Of a DNA stretch of 64,000 bases, positions 1-10,399 are shown piece by piece; the stretch's first letter is position 1; every line of letters starts with the position of its first letter. The stretch comes from Squalus acanthias (lineage: Eukaryota), in the NCBI GenBank assembly GCA_030390025.1, contig CM059429.1:137702001-137766000 (forward strand), in the 5' to 3' direction. Both the position numbers and the translations under genes were made by a program. A model generated the notes under the pieces. The model saw only the letters and a program-made list of their open reading frames with translations, made no database searches and had not been told where the DNA came from.

Positions 1-3000
1 ATTGACACCAGGTATCCACCAGCCCATCGAAATAAGGTATAAAAACAGGTAACCGAGAAAGGAAAACAGGCAGTTAGGGGTCTTAACTGCCGATCCCGCC
101 TCTTGGAGGCGGGACCGAATCGCACTCCTGAAGCCTGCCTCCGGCAAAGTTGCGCGGAGGCAGGTTGGAGGCGGGTTCTGAACCCGCACTCACTTTTTGC
201 TATTTTACGAACTGTCCCGCCTCCAAACCTGCCTCCTCAGGGCTGGGAAAATCGCCCCCAAAGAGTTACAGAAAGAAAACAACAGATGGCAGGAAAGCAC
301 TTCTGAGCTTCGCAACCAGTTACCCTGGGAAAAAAGGGTCATGACAGAGCTCACCGTACACAAAGAAAACTAAACCAAATGCTAGAACAAAATATTGAAC
401 TACAGGAAGAAAATATCAGATTGTGTGAGGAGTTAGAAGATGCAAGTAGCTCTGTAAGGGAATTAAACCGGCACCAAACCACCGCATTCCCGAAGCAGAC
501 CATACCCCATGCTTAGCAAAAATCCAACAGCTTTAGGCACAAATCAGCCTTGAGCGGCAGTGGTGGCTGCTGTCTCCAAAATCAAACCGAGAGATCCCGG
601 CCCTTGTTGGGACAACCTAGTTGAGAACCCGACCCCCTCTGTTCCGCCTCCACCGTACAAGGATGGCAAAGCAAACAAGGCAATACCAGTGTGTGTGGTC
701 ACTCGGGCCAATGCTGCCCGTCAGCCTCAGCACTAGACTGACGAGGAGGTGGAAGGCGTCCAATCCTCCTCCTCGACCACTAATGATGGGGGGGAAATGG
801 TCACCATGACCACGCATAGGCCCCTTACCGCTGTTAAGATCAGGGTACTAAAGGATGACCTAGGGACGGTGGACATGAACACCAGCCCCCTTGACCTCAG
901 GCAGCGGTGGAGGATTTTTAAGATTACCCATCCAGAACTAGAAGGGAACGACCTTAAACAGGTCCTCCTGGCTGCGTGTTCCTCAGAATTAAAACAAGAG
1001 ATGGATCAGGACATTCTGGCGGAAGGCGAGATAGAGGATATTGAGGTAGAACTATGCCAAGCACTAGGGGAGGAGGGTATCGACTTCCACCAGGTCCTAA
1101 TAACACCAAACCGGGCCCTACCAAAAGCCCGAATGCCTTCGTGCATAAACTCCATGACATTTTCCAGCGCACCAGGGGTGGTAGAGGGGACTACTTTAAC
1201 ACCCCGGGCTTCAAAACCCTTTTTTGAACAGCCTCCAACCATTGGTCCGTAACGCACTGGGCGTTTACGTCTCCAAAGACACCCTGTGGGAACAAGTACG
1301 CACCCATGCCAGAACCGCTTGGGATCTGACCCGTGACAATATCCCTGGGACACCTGCTAAAGCTACAGCAGCGGCTATCGAAGGCCCGCTGCCTTACCCA
1401 AAATCAGGGCCTGCAGCGGGGAAAGAGTTAAACTGACATCGCTGGTAGTTTCACTGAATGGTGTAATAAAGACAATGGCCCAGAAATTAAACATCGATGG
1501 TTCCCGCGGGGGTAAGGATTCCCCGCGATATCGCACTCCGCGCCTACCTTTTTGTTTCGGGCCCACACGAACTTCAGTTTCAGGGCCTCTCCCTGTTGCC
1601 AGCGTGCAGTGCTTGTGTGTCCCAGAGGCGCAATTAGTTCGTGCGAGCTCTGGGATCACGTGATTCAGTTAGAGCCAATGGCAGCACACCATCTTTCATT
1701 CATAGTTTTGACAGCAAGGGCTGTCAAAGCTATGAATACTACAAGCCCCCAAAAGAACAGCTAAACCTCAATTAAATTTTAAAAAAAGCCATCACATTAA
1801 TAAAATAACTATAGTTAAATAAATTAACCACTTTAAACAAAAAATTAAATTTTTGAAAAAATTTAAAATCTTTTTAAAAGTTATAAAAATAAACTTACCT
1901 TTCTTTAAAGTCTCTAAAAAAGATAAACCTGTTGAAAAAAATTTAAAATAACACTTAATTAACTACTTACCTTGTTAAAAGGGAGTCTTACGCCTGCTTT
2001 CTTTATGTGTAAAATCTTCACCACTTACCTGCGCGTTCAAACCTGAAAAAAAACTAAGTGCACTGCGTGCGCACAACCTGTAGTGCGCACGCGATTCACT
2101 TAGGAACCGCCCCCTTTGCAATGCACGAAGTGCCAGGTTTCCCGCGCATGTGCAGTGCATGCTGGAAACCGGCAATTCAGGACCTAATACGCGAGAGTAC
2201 ACAGTGCGTACTCTCGCGTATTAGGTCTAATTTTCGGGCCAATACTTTACAATTTGGAGACGTCTGGCTAAGACAGAGTGGGCTGTCTCCCCACCGGTGT
2301 AATAAAGACGACTTGATTATCGATCCGAAAACCTTGTGTTGAGTGTTGGTTTAAAATACTCCACAACAGGGCCGTCCAAAACTCCCGCGCCAGGAAAAGG
2401 TGCCTCAGTGCGTTGCTACATCTTCCACCATCTAGGCCACTATGCCCGTCAATGCAACAACAGCCCCCCAAGACTGTCAGGCCGCGACCCGGTTGAACAG
2501 CGACTAGAGAGAATGGAGGCAGCCATAGCGGCTTTGACCATCGGACTGGGAGCCCAACCGGTTACCGCGGTGCATCAACAACCCGAGCAAACAGCAGACC
2601 TTCCACCTCTCCTATGACTCCTGCAGGCCTCTCAGGGAGAGATGACTTACCCGCTCCGAACGATGGTGGTGGGAGACCGGTAGTCCACACTGTTGATTCT
2701 GGAGGCCTTCAACAATTAATGTTAGTCGACACCGGCTCCTCCACCACCATCATCCACGATCCCCACCCCAATCCTACAAAGGGCATGCCCCAAGTTTTAT
2801 TGGGCTTTGACAATTCAATCCAGACAACTATACAAGGATCCCTTCCCTTGGAGTTAAAGCAGGGTGTTGGTCGCAAAGGCACGTTCACAACCAGCTCCCC
2901 AGTTTGGCCGGTTAGAAAACCGGATGACTATTGACTATCGCAAACTCAACTCAGTCACCCCCGCGTGTGCCCCGGTGGTTCGGGAGACACTCGCCCTACT

Positions 3001-3020
3001 CTCCCAGATTCCCAGTGGCA
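1..3020 (+). mobile_element. Degenerate endogenous retrovirus (class III / ERV-L-spuma-like): LTR U3 fragment, gag, protease and start of RT, interrupted by a MITE
   Basis: Bases 1-80 match the reverse complement of the LTR at ~33610-33690 and contain TATAAAAA at 38-45. Gag-like ORF 749-1252, decayed zinc knuckle CYIFHHLGHYARQC (ORF 2336-2617), protease motif LVDTGSSTTI (ORF 2614-2934), and RT N-terminal motifs SPVWPVRKPD / MTIDYRKLNSVTP resembling class III retroviral pol. Frameshifts and internal deletions throughout. Confidence 0.8.
1477..2240 (+). mobile_element. Non-autonomous PIF/Harbinger-like DNA transposon (MITE family 1) inserted in ERV gag
   Basis: Imperfect TIRs GGCCCAGAAATTA / TAATTTTCGGGCC and a 3-bp TSD AAT (1474-1476, 2241-2243). 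Removing it restores the reading KDN-TLQFGDVW. AT-rich core with CpG-rich subterminal regions. Confidence 0.85.
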
Positions 3021-3823
3021 GCAATCAGTATAAAATCTTACACCATGAAAGACTATTAATTAAACTCAAACTGCTCTATGCTTTCCCATATTTGGGTCAA
3101 TGAAACCTCAGTGGAAGAGGCAGAAAACCTGGGGTTGCAGGCCCTGGTACTCCACCCTCATTCATGCTTCTGTGTGGTACAATTCAGTTTTGTTTGCTCC
3201 CAGATGTAAACTGCTGCAGCTATTTAAATACCACAGCAGCACTGGATTCCACTCCCCAGAGGCGAGCTCCCAATAGACAACACTAATAGTGTTGGAAGCC
3301 TGACTCCATTCTTATAGTGAGGGTGACCCCGCAAAACTGTCAGTGTTAGTGATGCTCACGCCAGTGGTGCTCACAACGTGCTTCCAGCAGGAACATCTGC
3401 ACTTTCAGATAATCCGGACACTTATCTTTCCTGGAAAGAATGACCATCAGCTGATGAAATGTTACAAACATCACCTGATGGGTCTTTTACAGTTGGGAGA
3501 CTTGATGGAGCTGCAGTGGATGTTTTCACAGTGGGAAATACATTTCTTCTATTGGGCCGAAACATTTTTTTTACACAGCATTTATGTGGTGATCTTTAGA
3601 TTAACAATGCTTTCCCTTCAGAATATTCTTTGAACTAAACTCCAATTTGTGTCATTTTAGGGTCGGAATTCAATTAGGCTCTAATTTGTTTATTCCCTCC
3701 CTTCCTTCCTGTCAAAGTGCTGCAGAAACTTTCCAACACAGTTCTCGTGTTTTTATTTGTTTCCCCCTTCAGAACATTGTTAACTAAATCTGAGTTACGA
3801 CCAGGCAGTTAAAATCAGTCAGG

Positions 3824-3881
3824 ATGGTTTCCTATGGCATCTGTTCACGATACAGCTTCTTTCTGTTGATAGCTGTCTCTG
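3824..3881 (+). CDS. Gene A (CD2/CD58-family Ig receptor) signal-peptide exon
   Basis: ATG at 3824 reads MVSYGICSRYSFFLLIAVS(G) and ends at a phase-1 donor G|GTAAG. Upstream context AAAATCAGTCAGGATG mirrors gene B AAAATCAGTCAAAATG. The 112-nt intron joins in frame to the IgV exon. Confidence 0.85.
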
Positions 3882-3993
3882 GTAAGATAAACTCACCTGA
3901 AAAGTTGTTTATAAGTTTTTAAAAAAAATTGTTTTCAAATAGGCATCTTATTTGTATTCACATTTTTAGCATTTACTTTCTGTTCGTTTGCAG

Positions 3994-4311
3994 GACTGTT
4001 TCTTACAGAAAGTAGTGACGATGCAGAGAATGTTTACAGTGAACTTGGGAATTCAGTACTTTTACATGTTCGGGGTCAAAGCTCCAATACTTACCATGAA
4101 GTAAAGTGGTTTAAAGGAAACTCAACAGTTGCACGATACAGAAATAATTCGAAGATGTACGGTGAATTTATACGGAGAGTAGAAGTTTTTCCAAATGGCA
4201 CTCTGCGATTTAACATCACAACAATAGCCGATGAAGGAAAATACCATTTTGAAATGTATAACAAAGAGGGAAAACTTCGGTTTACTCGACATTTTAAATT
4301 GCATTTACTTG
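3994..4311 (+). CDS. Gene A IgV exon (cysteine-free CD2-type V domain)
   Basis: Acceptor tttgcag|, donor G|GTGAG, 318 nt open: LFLTESSDDAENVYSELGNSVLLHV...EVKWFKGNSTVARYR...VFPNGTLRFNITTIADEGKYHFEMYNKEGKLRFTRHFKLHLL. The C-strand W, FxNGTL, DxGxY and absence of the canonical disulfide are CD2/CD58/SLAM hallmarks. Confidence 0.93.
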
Positions 4312-5451
4312 GTGAGTTTATTTCTTTAAAACTTTCCCTAATTGAAACCAGCACAAATCTTCAAAACAACTCCACTGGGTAAAAGGATTGCTTATAAGTA
4401 CCTTCTGTTCTGTACAGTAATAGAGTGGTATCAAAAATGACTGGCTCATCATGTTTTTACAATTCAGTACTCCTGTGTTGGAGTAGGTATCATAAATTTA
4501 GGAAATGCCTCAAGAGTTGGAACCTAAATCAGGATATCTGGTTTTCCAATGGACCTGCACCTGGACCTCTGAGTATCTGGTAGGGTGCAGTTAATATTCA
4601 GCACTAATCCAGAATACTACTACTATGCTTGTCCTGCTACAGGTGGCCCTGCTACATCTGTCTGTAGCCACATTTGACATTGCAGTGGCTGACAGCACTT
4701 TCCTGCCCTCTGATATTAGATGTGCCAAGGTACATGCATCCATCGGTGCATACATGATTACTATTGGGACAGGAACATTATGGCATAAATGCACATGTTG
4801 GGCAGCTAAACCCTCAGAGACATAACATGCGAAGTATGGAGATAACCTTTTTTGCCATTTCTCCACACACTTTTCATGCACAATTTTGGTGCAACACACT
4901 AATATCAAGCATGTAACAGTTCAGAGTTGTCAAGAGCTCAGGTGGGTGCCCACAGGGCCACCTAGGTTGGAGATGTACACAAAGGTCTCAGAAGTAAATA
5001 GGCAACAATGTCACCGACCTATAAGACAAAGCTTGGAGGACTCGAGAGTAAGAAAAATCAATAGAAATATGTTAGTGTGATGGAAAAGCATGACAGAAAT
5101 AAAAGAACAGAACAAATTGTACGCAAAGTAAAAAAAAAATTAGTGTTTATCAAGGTGAGGGATAAAGTGTTGGGGACTCGAACTCTTCCCATTTTGGGCA
5201 CCCAGTATCAGCATCAAGCACCCCCAAGTCAATAATAGCACAACCAGATGCACGCTAAAGTTCCCTCTCCTGTTCCCCAAAAACATGCCTCAACCCCAAC
5301 CTTCAAAGAACACCTCCTACTGCACCAATGTGACAATTTTCCACTTTCCACACCAGCCATTCTCTGAGTGAGATTGCCAACTAGTGTTGAATTAGGGACA
5401 GTTTAAGACTGTAGACCTACAGAAACAATGTTGAAACTAGCCAGCTCATTT

Positions 5452-5985
5452 TTTTTTATTCGTTTATGGGTTGTGGGTGTCACTGGCAAGGCCAGCATTT
5501 ATTGCCCATCCCTAATTGCCCTTGAGAAGGTGGTGGTGAGCCACCTTCTTGAACCGTTGCAGTCCGTGTGGTGAAGGTACTCCCACAGTGCTGTTAGGGA
5601 GGGGGTTCCAGGATTTTGACCCAGTGACGATGAAGGATCGGCGATATACTTCTAAGTCAGGATTGTGTGTGACTTGGAGGGGAACTTGGAGGTGGTGGTG
5701 TTCCCATGCGCCTGCTGCCCTTGTCCTTCTAGGTGGAAGAGGTCACGGGTTTGGGAGGTGCTGCCGAAGAAGCCTTGGCGAGTTGCTGCAGTGCATCTTG
5801 TAGATGGTACATACTGCAGCCACGGTACGCCGGTGGTGGAGGGAGTAAATGTTTAAGGTGGTGGATGGGGTGCCAATCAAGCGGGCTGCTTTGTCCTGGA
5901 TGGTGTTGAGCTTCTTGAGTGTTGTTGGAGCTGCACTCATCCAGGCAAGTGGAGAGTATTTCATCACACTCCTGACTTGTGCCTT
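5452..5985 (-). mobile_element. 3' fragment of a CR1-superfamily-like LINE (family B)
   Basis: Encodes KAQVRSVMKYSPLAWMSAAPTTLKKLNTIQDKAARLIG, and the 3' UTR ends in an A-rich tail. Same family as 6866-8400, 45975-46318 and ~56270-56480. Confidence 0.85.
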
Positions 5986-6865
5986 TCCCACAGCAGAGGA
6001 GATTTTCATTTCATCAGTCTGGGCTAGATTCAAGTGTAGGACCTAAGTTGAAAGACCAGTGTCTACATCATTGTACCACTTGGTTATCCATACAAGATTT
6101 TTACTACTGTGTATTACTAATAAATCACCTTTAAGATTGCTCATTGTTAGTTGAAGGATATTCTGTTTTATAGCAGTAGGATTATTATGTGAAATTTATT
6201 TTTCAGCACACAGGACAGGTAAGAGCAGTACCGTAGTTTTATTTTTTAAATATTCGGAGTAGGAAAATACATTTTAAAATGAATGGGGCCATATTTCAGA
6301 GCTGGGAAGAGGAGGACGTTTTTTTAATAGCAGGTAGCGTGAAAGAATATGGGGCAGACACGGTGAGGTGCCTTTTAATTTTTAATGCCAACAGCAGGGT
6401 ATTGATGGGGCTGTAACTTTTACTTTTTTGAAGAAGGGACACCCAATGCAATGCAGGTTCAAATTGAAGTTCTAAATTTTTAAAGCTGTAGAGAGAAGGG
6501 ATTAGGTGCAGGCTCGAAGTTTAAATTTGCGGGGGGTGGGCAGCCAAGGAGTAGGACCATAGGAGCAAAGTTCAAAGTTTATAGTTAGCAGCGGCAAGCG
6601 ATGAGCAGTGCTGCAGGCCACAGATTGACAGTTTTTCCGGCGGGCAGTCTGAGCACGGTTCACGGAGCAGGGCCACAAGCCCGAAGTTTATATATATTTA
6701 GCACAACAATAACTTGCATTTAGAAAAATATCCCAAGACACTTCGCAAAGGTGTAATCAGAAAAAACAGAAGATATTAGGAGGGTTGACCAAAAGCTTGA
6801 TCAAAGAAGCGGGTTTTAAGGAGAGGGAGGTGGAGAGGCAGATGGGCTTTGGGAGGGAAGTAAAA

Positions 6866-8400
6866 GACAGCATTTGACCGAGTGTGGCATCAAGGAGCCC
6901 GAGTAAAATTGAAGTCAATGGCAATCAGGGGGAAAACTCTCCACTGGCTGGAGTTATACCCAGCACAAAGGAAGATCGTTGTAGTTGTTGGAGGCCAATC
7001 ATCTCAGCCCCAGGACGTCGCTGCAAGAGTTCCTCCGGGCAGAATCCTAGGCCCAACCATCTTCAGCTGCTTCATCAATGACATTTCCCCCATCATAAGG
7101 TCAGAAATGGGGATGTTCGCTGATGATTGCACAGTGATCAGTGCCATTCACAACTCCTCAGATAATGAAGCAGTCCATGCCCGCATGCAATAAGACCTGG
7201 ACAACATTCAGTCTTGGGCTGATAAGTGGCAAGTAACATTCATGCCACAAGAGCCAGGCAATAACCATGTCCAACAAGAGAGGGTCTAGCCACCTCCCCT
7301 TGACATTCAACAGGATTACCATCACTGAATCCCCCACCATCAACATAAATACTATGGCTATAAGAGCAAGTCAGAGGCTGGGTATTCTACGGCGTGTGAC
7401 TCACCTCCTGACTCTCCAAAGCCTTTCCACCATCAACAAGGCACAAGTCCGGAGTGTGATGGAATACTCTCCACTTGCCTGGATGAGTGCAGCTCCAACA
7501 ACACTCAAGAAGCTCAAAACCATCCAGGACAAAGCAGCCCACTTGATTGGCAACACGGTGGCATAGTGGTTAGCACTGGTGCCTCACAGCGCCAGAGACC
7601 CGGGTTTGAATCTGACCTCGGGTAACTGTCTGTGTGGAGTTTGCACATTCTCCCCGTGTCTGCGTGGGTTTCCTCCGGGTGCTCCGGTTTCCTCCCACAG
7701 TCCAAAAATGTGTGGGTTAGGTTGATTTGGCTATGATAAATTGACCCTTAGTGTTAGGGGGTATTAAATATGTGGGGTTATGGGGATAGGATGGGATATG
7801 TTAGGGGGAATTAAATACGTGGGGTTACGGGGGTAGGGTGGGATATGTGTACTGTGGGGATTAAAGCAGGGACAGGGTACTGGATTTGGATGATCAGCCA
7901 TGATCGTATTGAATGGCGGAGCAGGCTCGACGGGCCGAATGGCCTACTCCTGCTCCTAGATTCTATGTTTCTATGTTTCTATGTTTCATCCACCACCTTA
8001 AACATTCACTCCCTCCACCACCGGCGCACCATGGCTGCAGTGTGTACCATTTACAAGATGCACTGCAGCAACTCGCCAAGGCTTCTTCAACAACACCTCC
8101 CAAACCCGCGACCTCTACCACCTAGAAGGACAAGGGCAGCAGACGCATGGGAACACCACCACCTCCAAGTTCCCCTCCAAGTCACACACCATCCTGACTT
8201 GGAAATATATCGCTGTTCGTTCATCATCGCTGGGTCAAAATCCTTGAGCTCCCTACCTAACAGCACTGTGGGAGTACCTTCACCACACGGACTGCAGCGG
8301 TTCAAGAAGGCAGATCACCACCACCTTCTGAAGGGCAATTAGGGATGGGCAATAAATGCTGGCCTTGCCAGTGACGCCCACATCCCATGAATTAATTTTT
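6866..8400 (+). mobile_element. 5'-truncated LINE (family B) RT region, split by a V-SINE
   Basis: RT motifs AFDRVWH, GRILGPTIF and MFADD. The sequence LIG|(TP)STTLNIHSL is interrupted at 7552-7986. Confidence 0.88.
7552..7986 (+). mobile_element. tRNA-derived V-SINE (HE1-like) with CR1-type 3' tail
   Basis: A box TGGCATAGTGG, B-box-like GGTTTGAATC, V-domain TCTGTGTGGAGTTTGCACATTCTCCCCGTGTCTGCGTGGGTTTCCTCCGG, and tail GATCAGCCATGATC..GAATGGCGGAGCAGGCTCGA..(TTCTATGT)n shared with the CR1 LINEs in this window. Confidence 0.92.
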
Positions 8401-9082
8401 AAAAAATCAGAGGAATGGAGAGTTATGGGGAGAAGAGGAGAAATTGTAGGATTGGAAAAGGTTACAATGATAGGGAGGGGCAAGACCATGAAGAGATTTA
8501 AAAAATCAAGTCCAAGCTCAAGGTTTTGGAAGACTGACTTCAAGTAAAAACTTCAATGAAGGCATTAAAAACACAAAAGTCAATTAAACTGATAAATTTA
8601 ATTATGTTATTGTGAAATATATATATGTATATTTTAAATGTTGTTTAAACACTTATAATGGACATTAGAAATTTCAGTTACTGAGAAAAAATGGAAAATC
8701 AAATATTTTCAGTTGAAATATTTTCAGCAAATATTTTGAATGCTTTGTTGGAAAAGACCAGATTGTGCAATTACATGGTGATAAGTTTACATAGGAAAGC
8801 CTATTATAAGTGTGGACGGAGGGGTTTTTAACAGTAAAAGACACAAAGTGTGACAAAAACGTGACTACAACAAAGTGGGTTTCGTAGACAGGAAATGCAA
8901 GTAGATGTAAAATTTTAAAACATACAGGTTTGCTAGATTACTATCTCGACAGGAAATTGCCCCTTCTGATGTCACAAGCTCAGTACTAGAATATAAACAA
9001 TTATAAAAGTCTAAGAACAAGGCTTATTTTAGAATGGCACAAAACCAGTTTGCTTAATATTTACACTTTTTTTCTCTTTCAG

Positions 9083-9346
9083 AGAAAGTCTCAACACCGG
9101 TAATGAACATTACTTGTGTCTCTGAGCAAGATGTGTTCTTGTCATGTGAGGTTCGTGGAACGACTCCAGTTACCTTTTACTTGAATGATCAACAACTGAC
9201 TGAGGACAATGCTGTGTTTTCATATGACGGTAGAAAAGCTGCACTGAAGAACTCTACCTCATTTTCTGGCAATGAAACGTTCTTCTGTAAAGTTGAAAAC
9301 AAAATCAGTAAAAGCCAGACTGCTCCAAGAGAACCCGCCTGTGCAG
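9083..9346 (+). CDS. Gene A IgC2 exon
   Basis: Acceptor ttctctttcag|, 264 nt: EKVSTPVMNITC..VFLSCEV...FFCKVENKISKS...PACA with the four-cysteine CD2-family C2 pattern. Ends at CAG|GCAAGT (GC donor), the position homologous to the GT donor in gene B. Confidence 0.9.
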
Positions 9347-10181
9347 GCAAGTGCAAAGCAATGTTTCGTGACTACATTTATACTTGTGGCAAATTTAAGA
9401 AAATCAAAAATTTTAAGTCAATTTTGAAATTAAATTTGATGGGATAACAGTAACTTAAGATCACCTTTACAAATGTGAATAAATGTGATAAATGGCCTCC
9501 TAGAATATGAAGGCGATCAATGATCTCCAAGCAGCACATGAGAAAAGAAACTAAGAATATTGCCCGCTTGCAAGAAACACATCTGTAGAACAGAAGTATT
9601 GGAAGTTATGTTCAGAAGTACAGAGGGACCTGGAGGTCCTTGTGCATGAAACACAAAAAGTTAGCATGCAGGTACAGCAAGTAATCAAAAAGGTAAATGG
9701 AATGTTGGCCTTTATTGCAAGGGGGTTGGAGTATAAAAGCAAGGAAGTCCTGCTACAACTGTACAGGGTATTGGTGAGACCACACCTTGAGTACTGTGTA
9801 CAGTTTTCGGTCTCCTTATTTAAGGAAGGATATACTTGCATTGGAGGCAGTTCAGAGACGATTCACACGGTTGATTCCTGAGATGAGGGGGTTGACTTAT
9901 GAAGAAAGGTTGAGCAGGTTGGGCCTATACTCATTGGAATTTAGAAGAATGAGAGGTGATCTTATTGAAACATATAAGATACTGAGGGGGCTCGACAAGG
10001 TAGATGCAGAGAGGATGTTTCCCCTCGTGGGAAAATCTAGAACTCGGGGGCATAGTTTCAGAATAAAGGGTCGCCCTTTTAGAACTGAGAAGAGGAGGAA
10101 TTTCTTCTCTCAGAGGGTCGTAAATCTGTGGAATTCTCTGCCCCAGAGAGCAGTGGAGGCTGGGTCATTAAATATATTTAA

Positions 10182-10399
10182 TGATGCGGAGATGCCGGTG
10201 TTGGACTGGGGTGGACAAAAATGAGAAGTCGCACAACACCAGGTTATAGTCCAACAGTTTTATTTAAAATTACGAGCTTTCGGAGCGCTGCTCCTTCTTC
10301 AGGTACAAGTACTTGTACCTGAAGAAGGAGCAGCGCTCTGAAAGCTCGTAATTTTAAATAAAACTGTTGGACTATAACCTGGTGTTGTGCCACTTCTCA
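10182..10399. mobile_element. Penelope-like element remnant forming an 89-bp-arm palindrome
   Basis: Arms 10222-10310 and 10311-10399 are near-perfect inverted copies. Flanked by the duplication AAATATATTTAA (10170-10181, 10399-10410). Same terminal sequence as 15950-16041. Confidence 0.85.
10316..10350 (+). ncRNA. Minimal type I hammerhead ribozyme motif (mirror copy on the minus strand at 10271-10305)
   Basis: TAC-CTGAAGA-a-GGAGC agc GCTCT-GAA-AGCT-C-GTA: core boxes, helix II, palindromic helix III (AGCT), NUH = CUC, helix I TAC/GTA. Confidence 0.7.

Noticed and set aside
7552-7630. tRNA-like sequence with A and B boxes (also at 12871, 35820 and 60046)
   Set aside because: These are SINE heads continuing into V or Deu domains, not tRNA genes.
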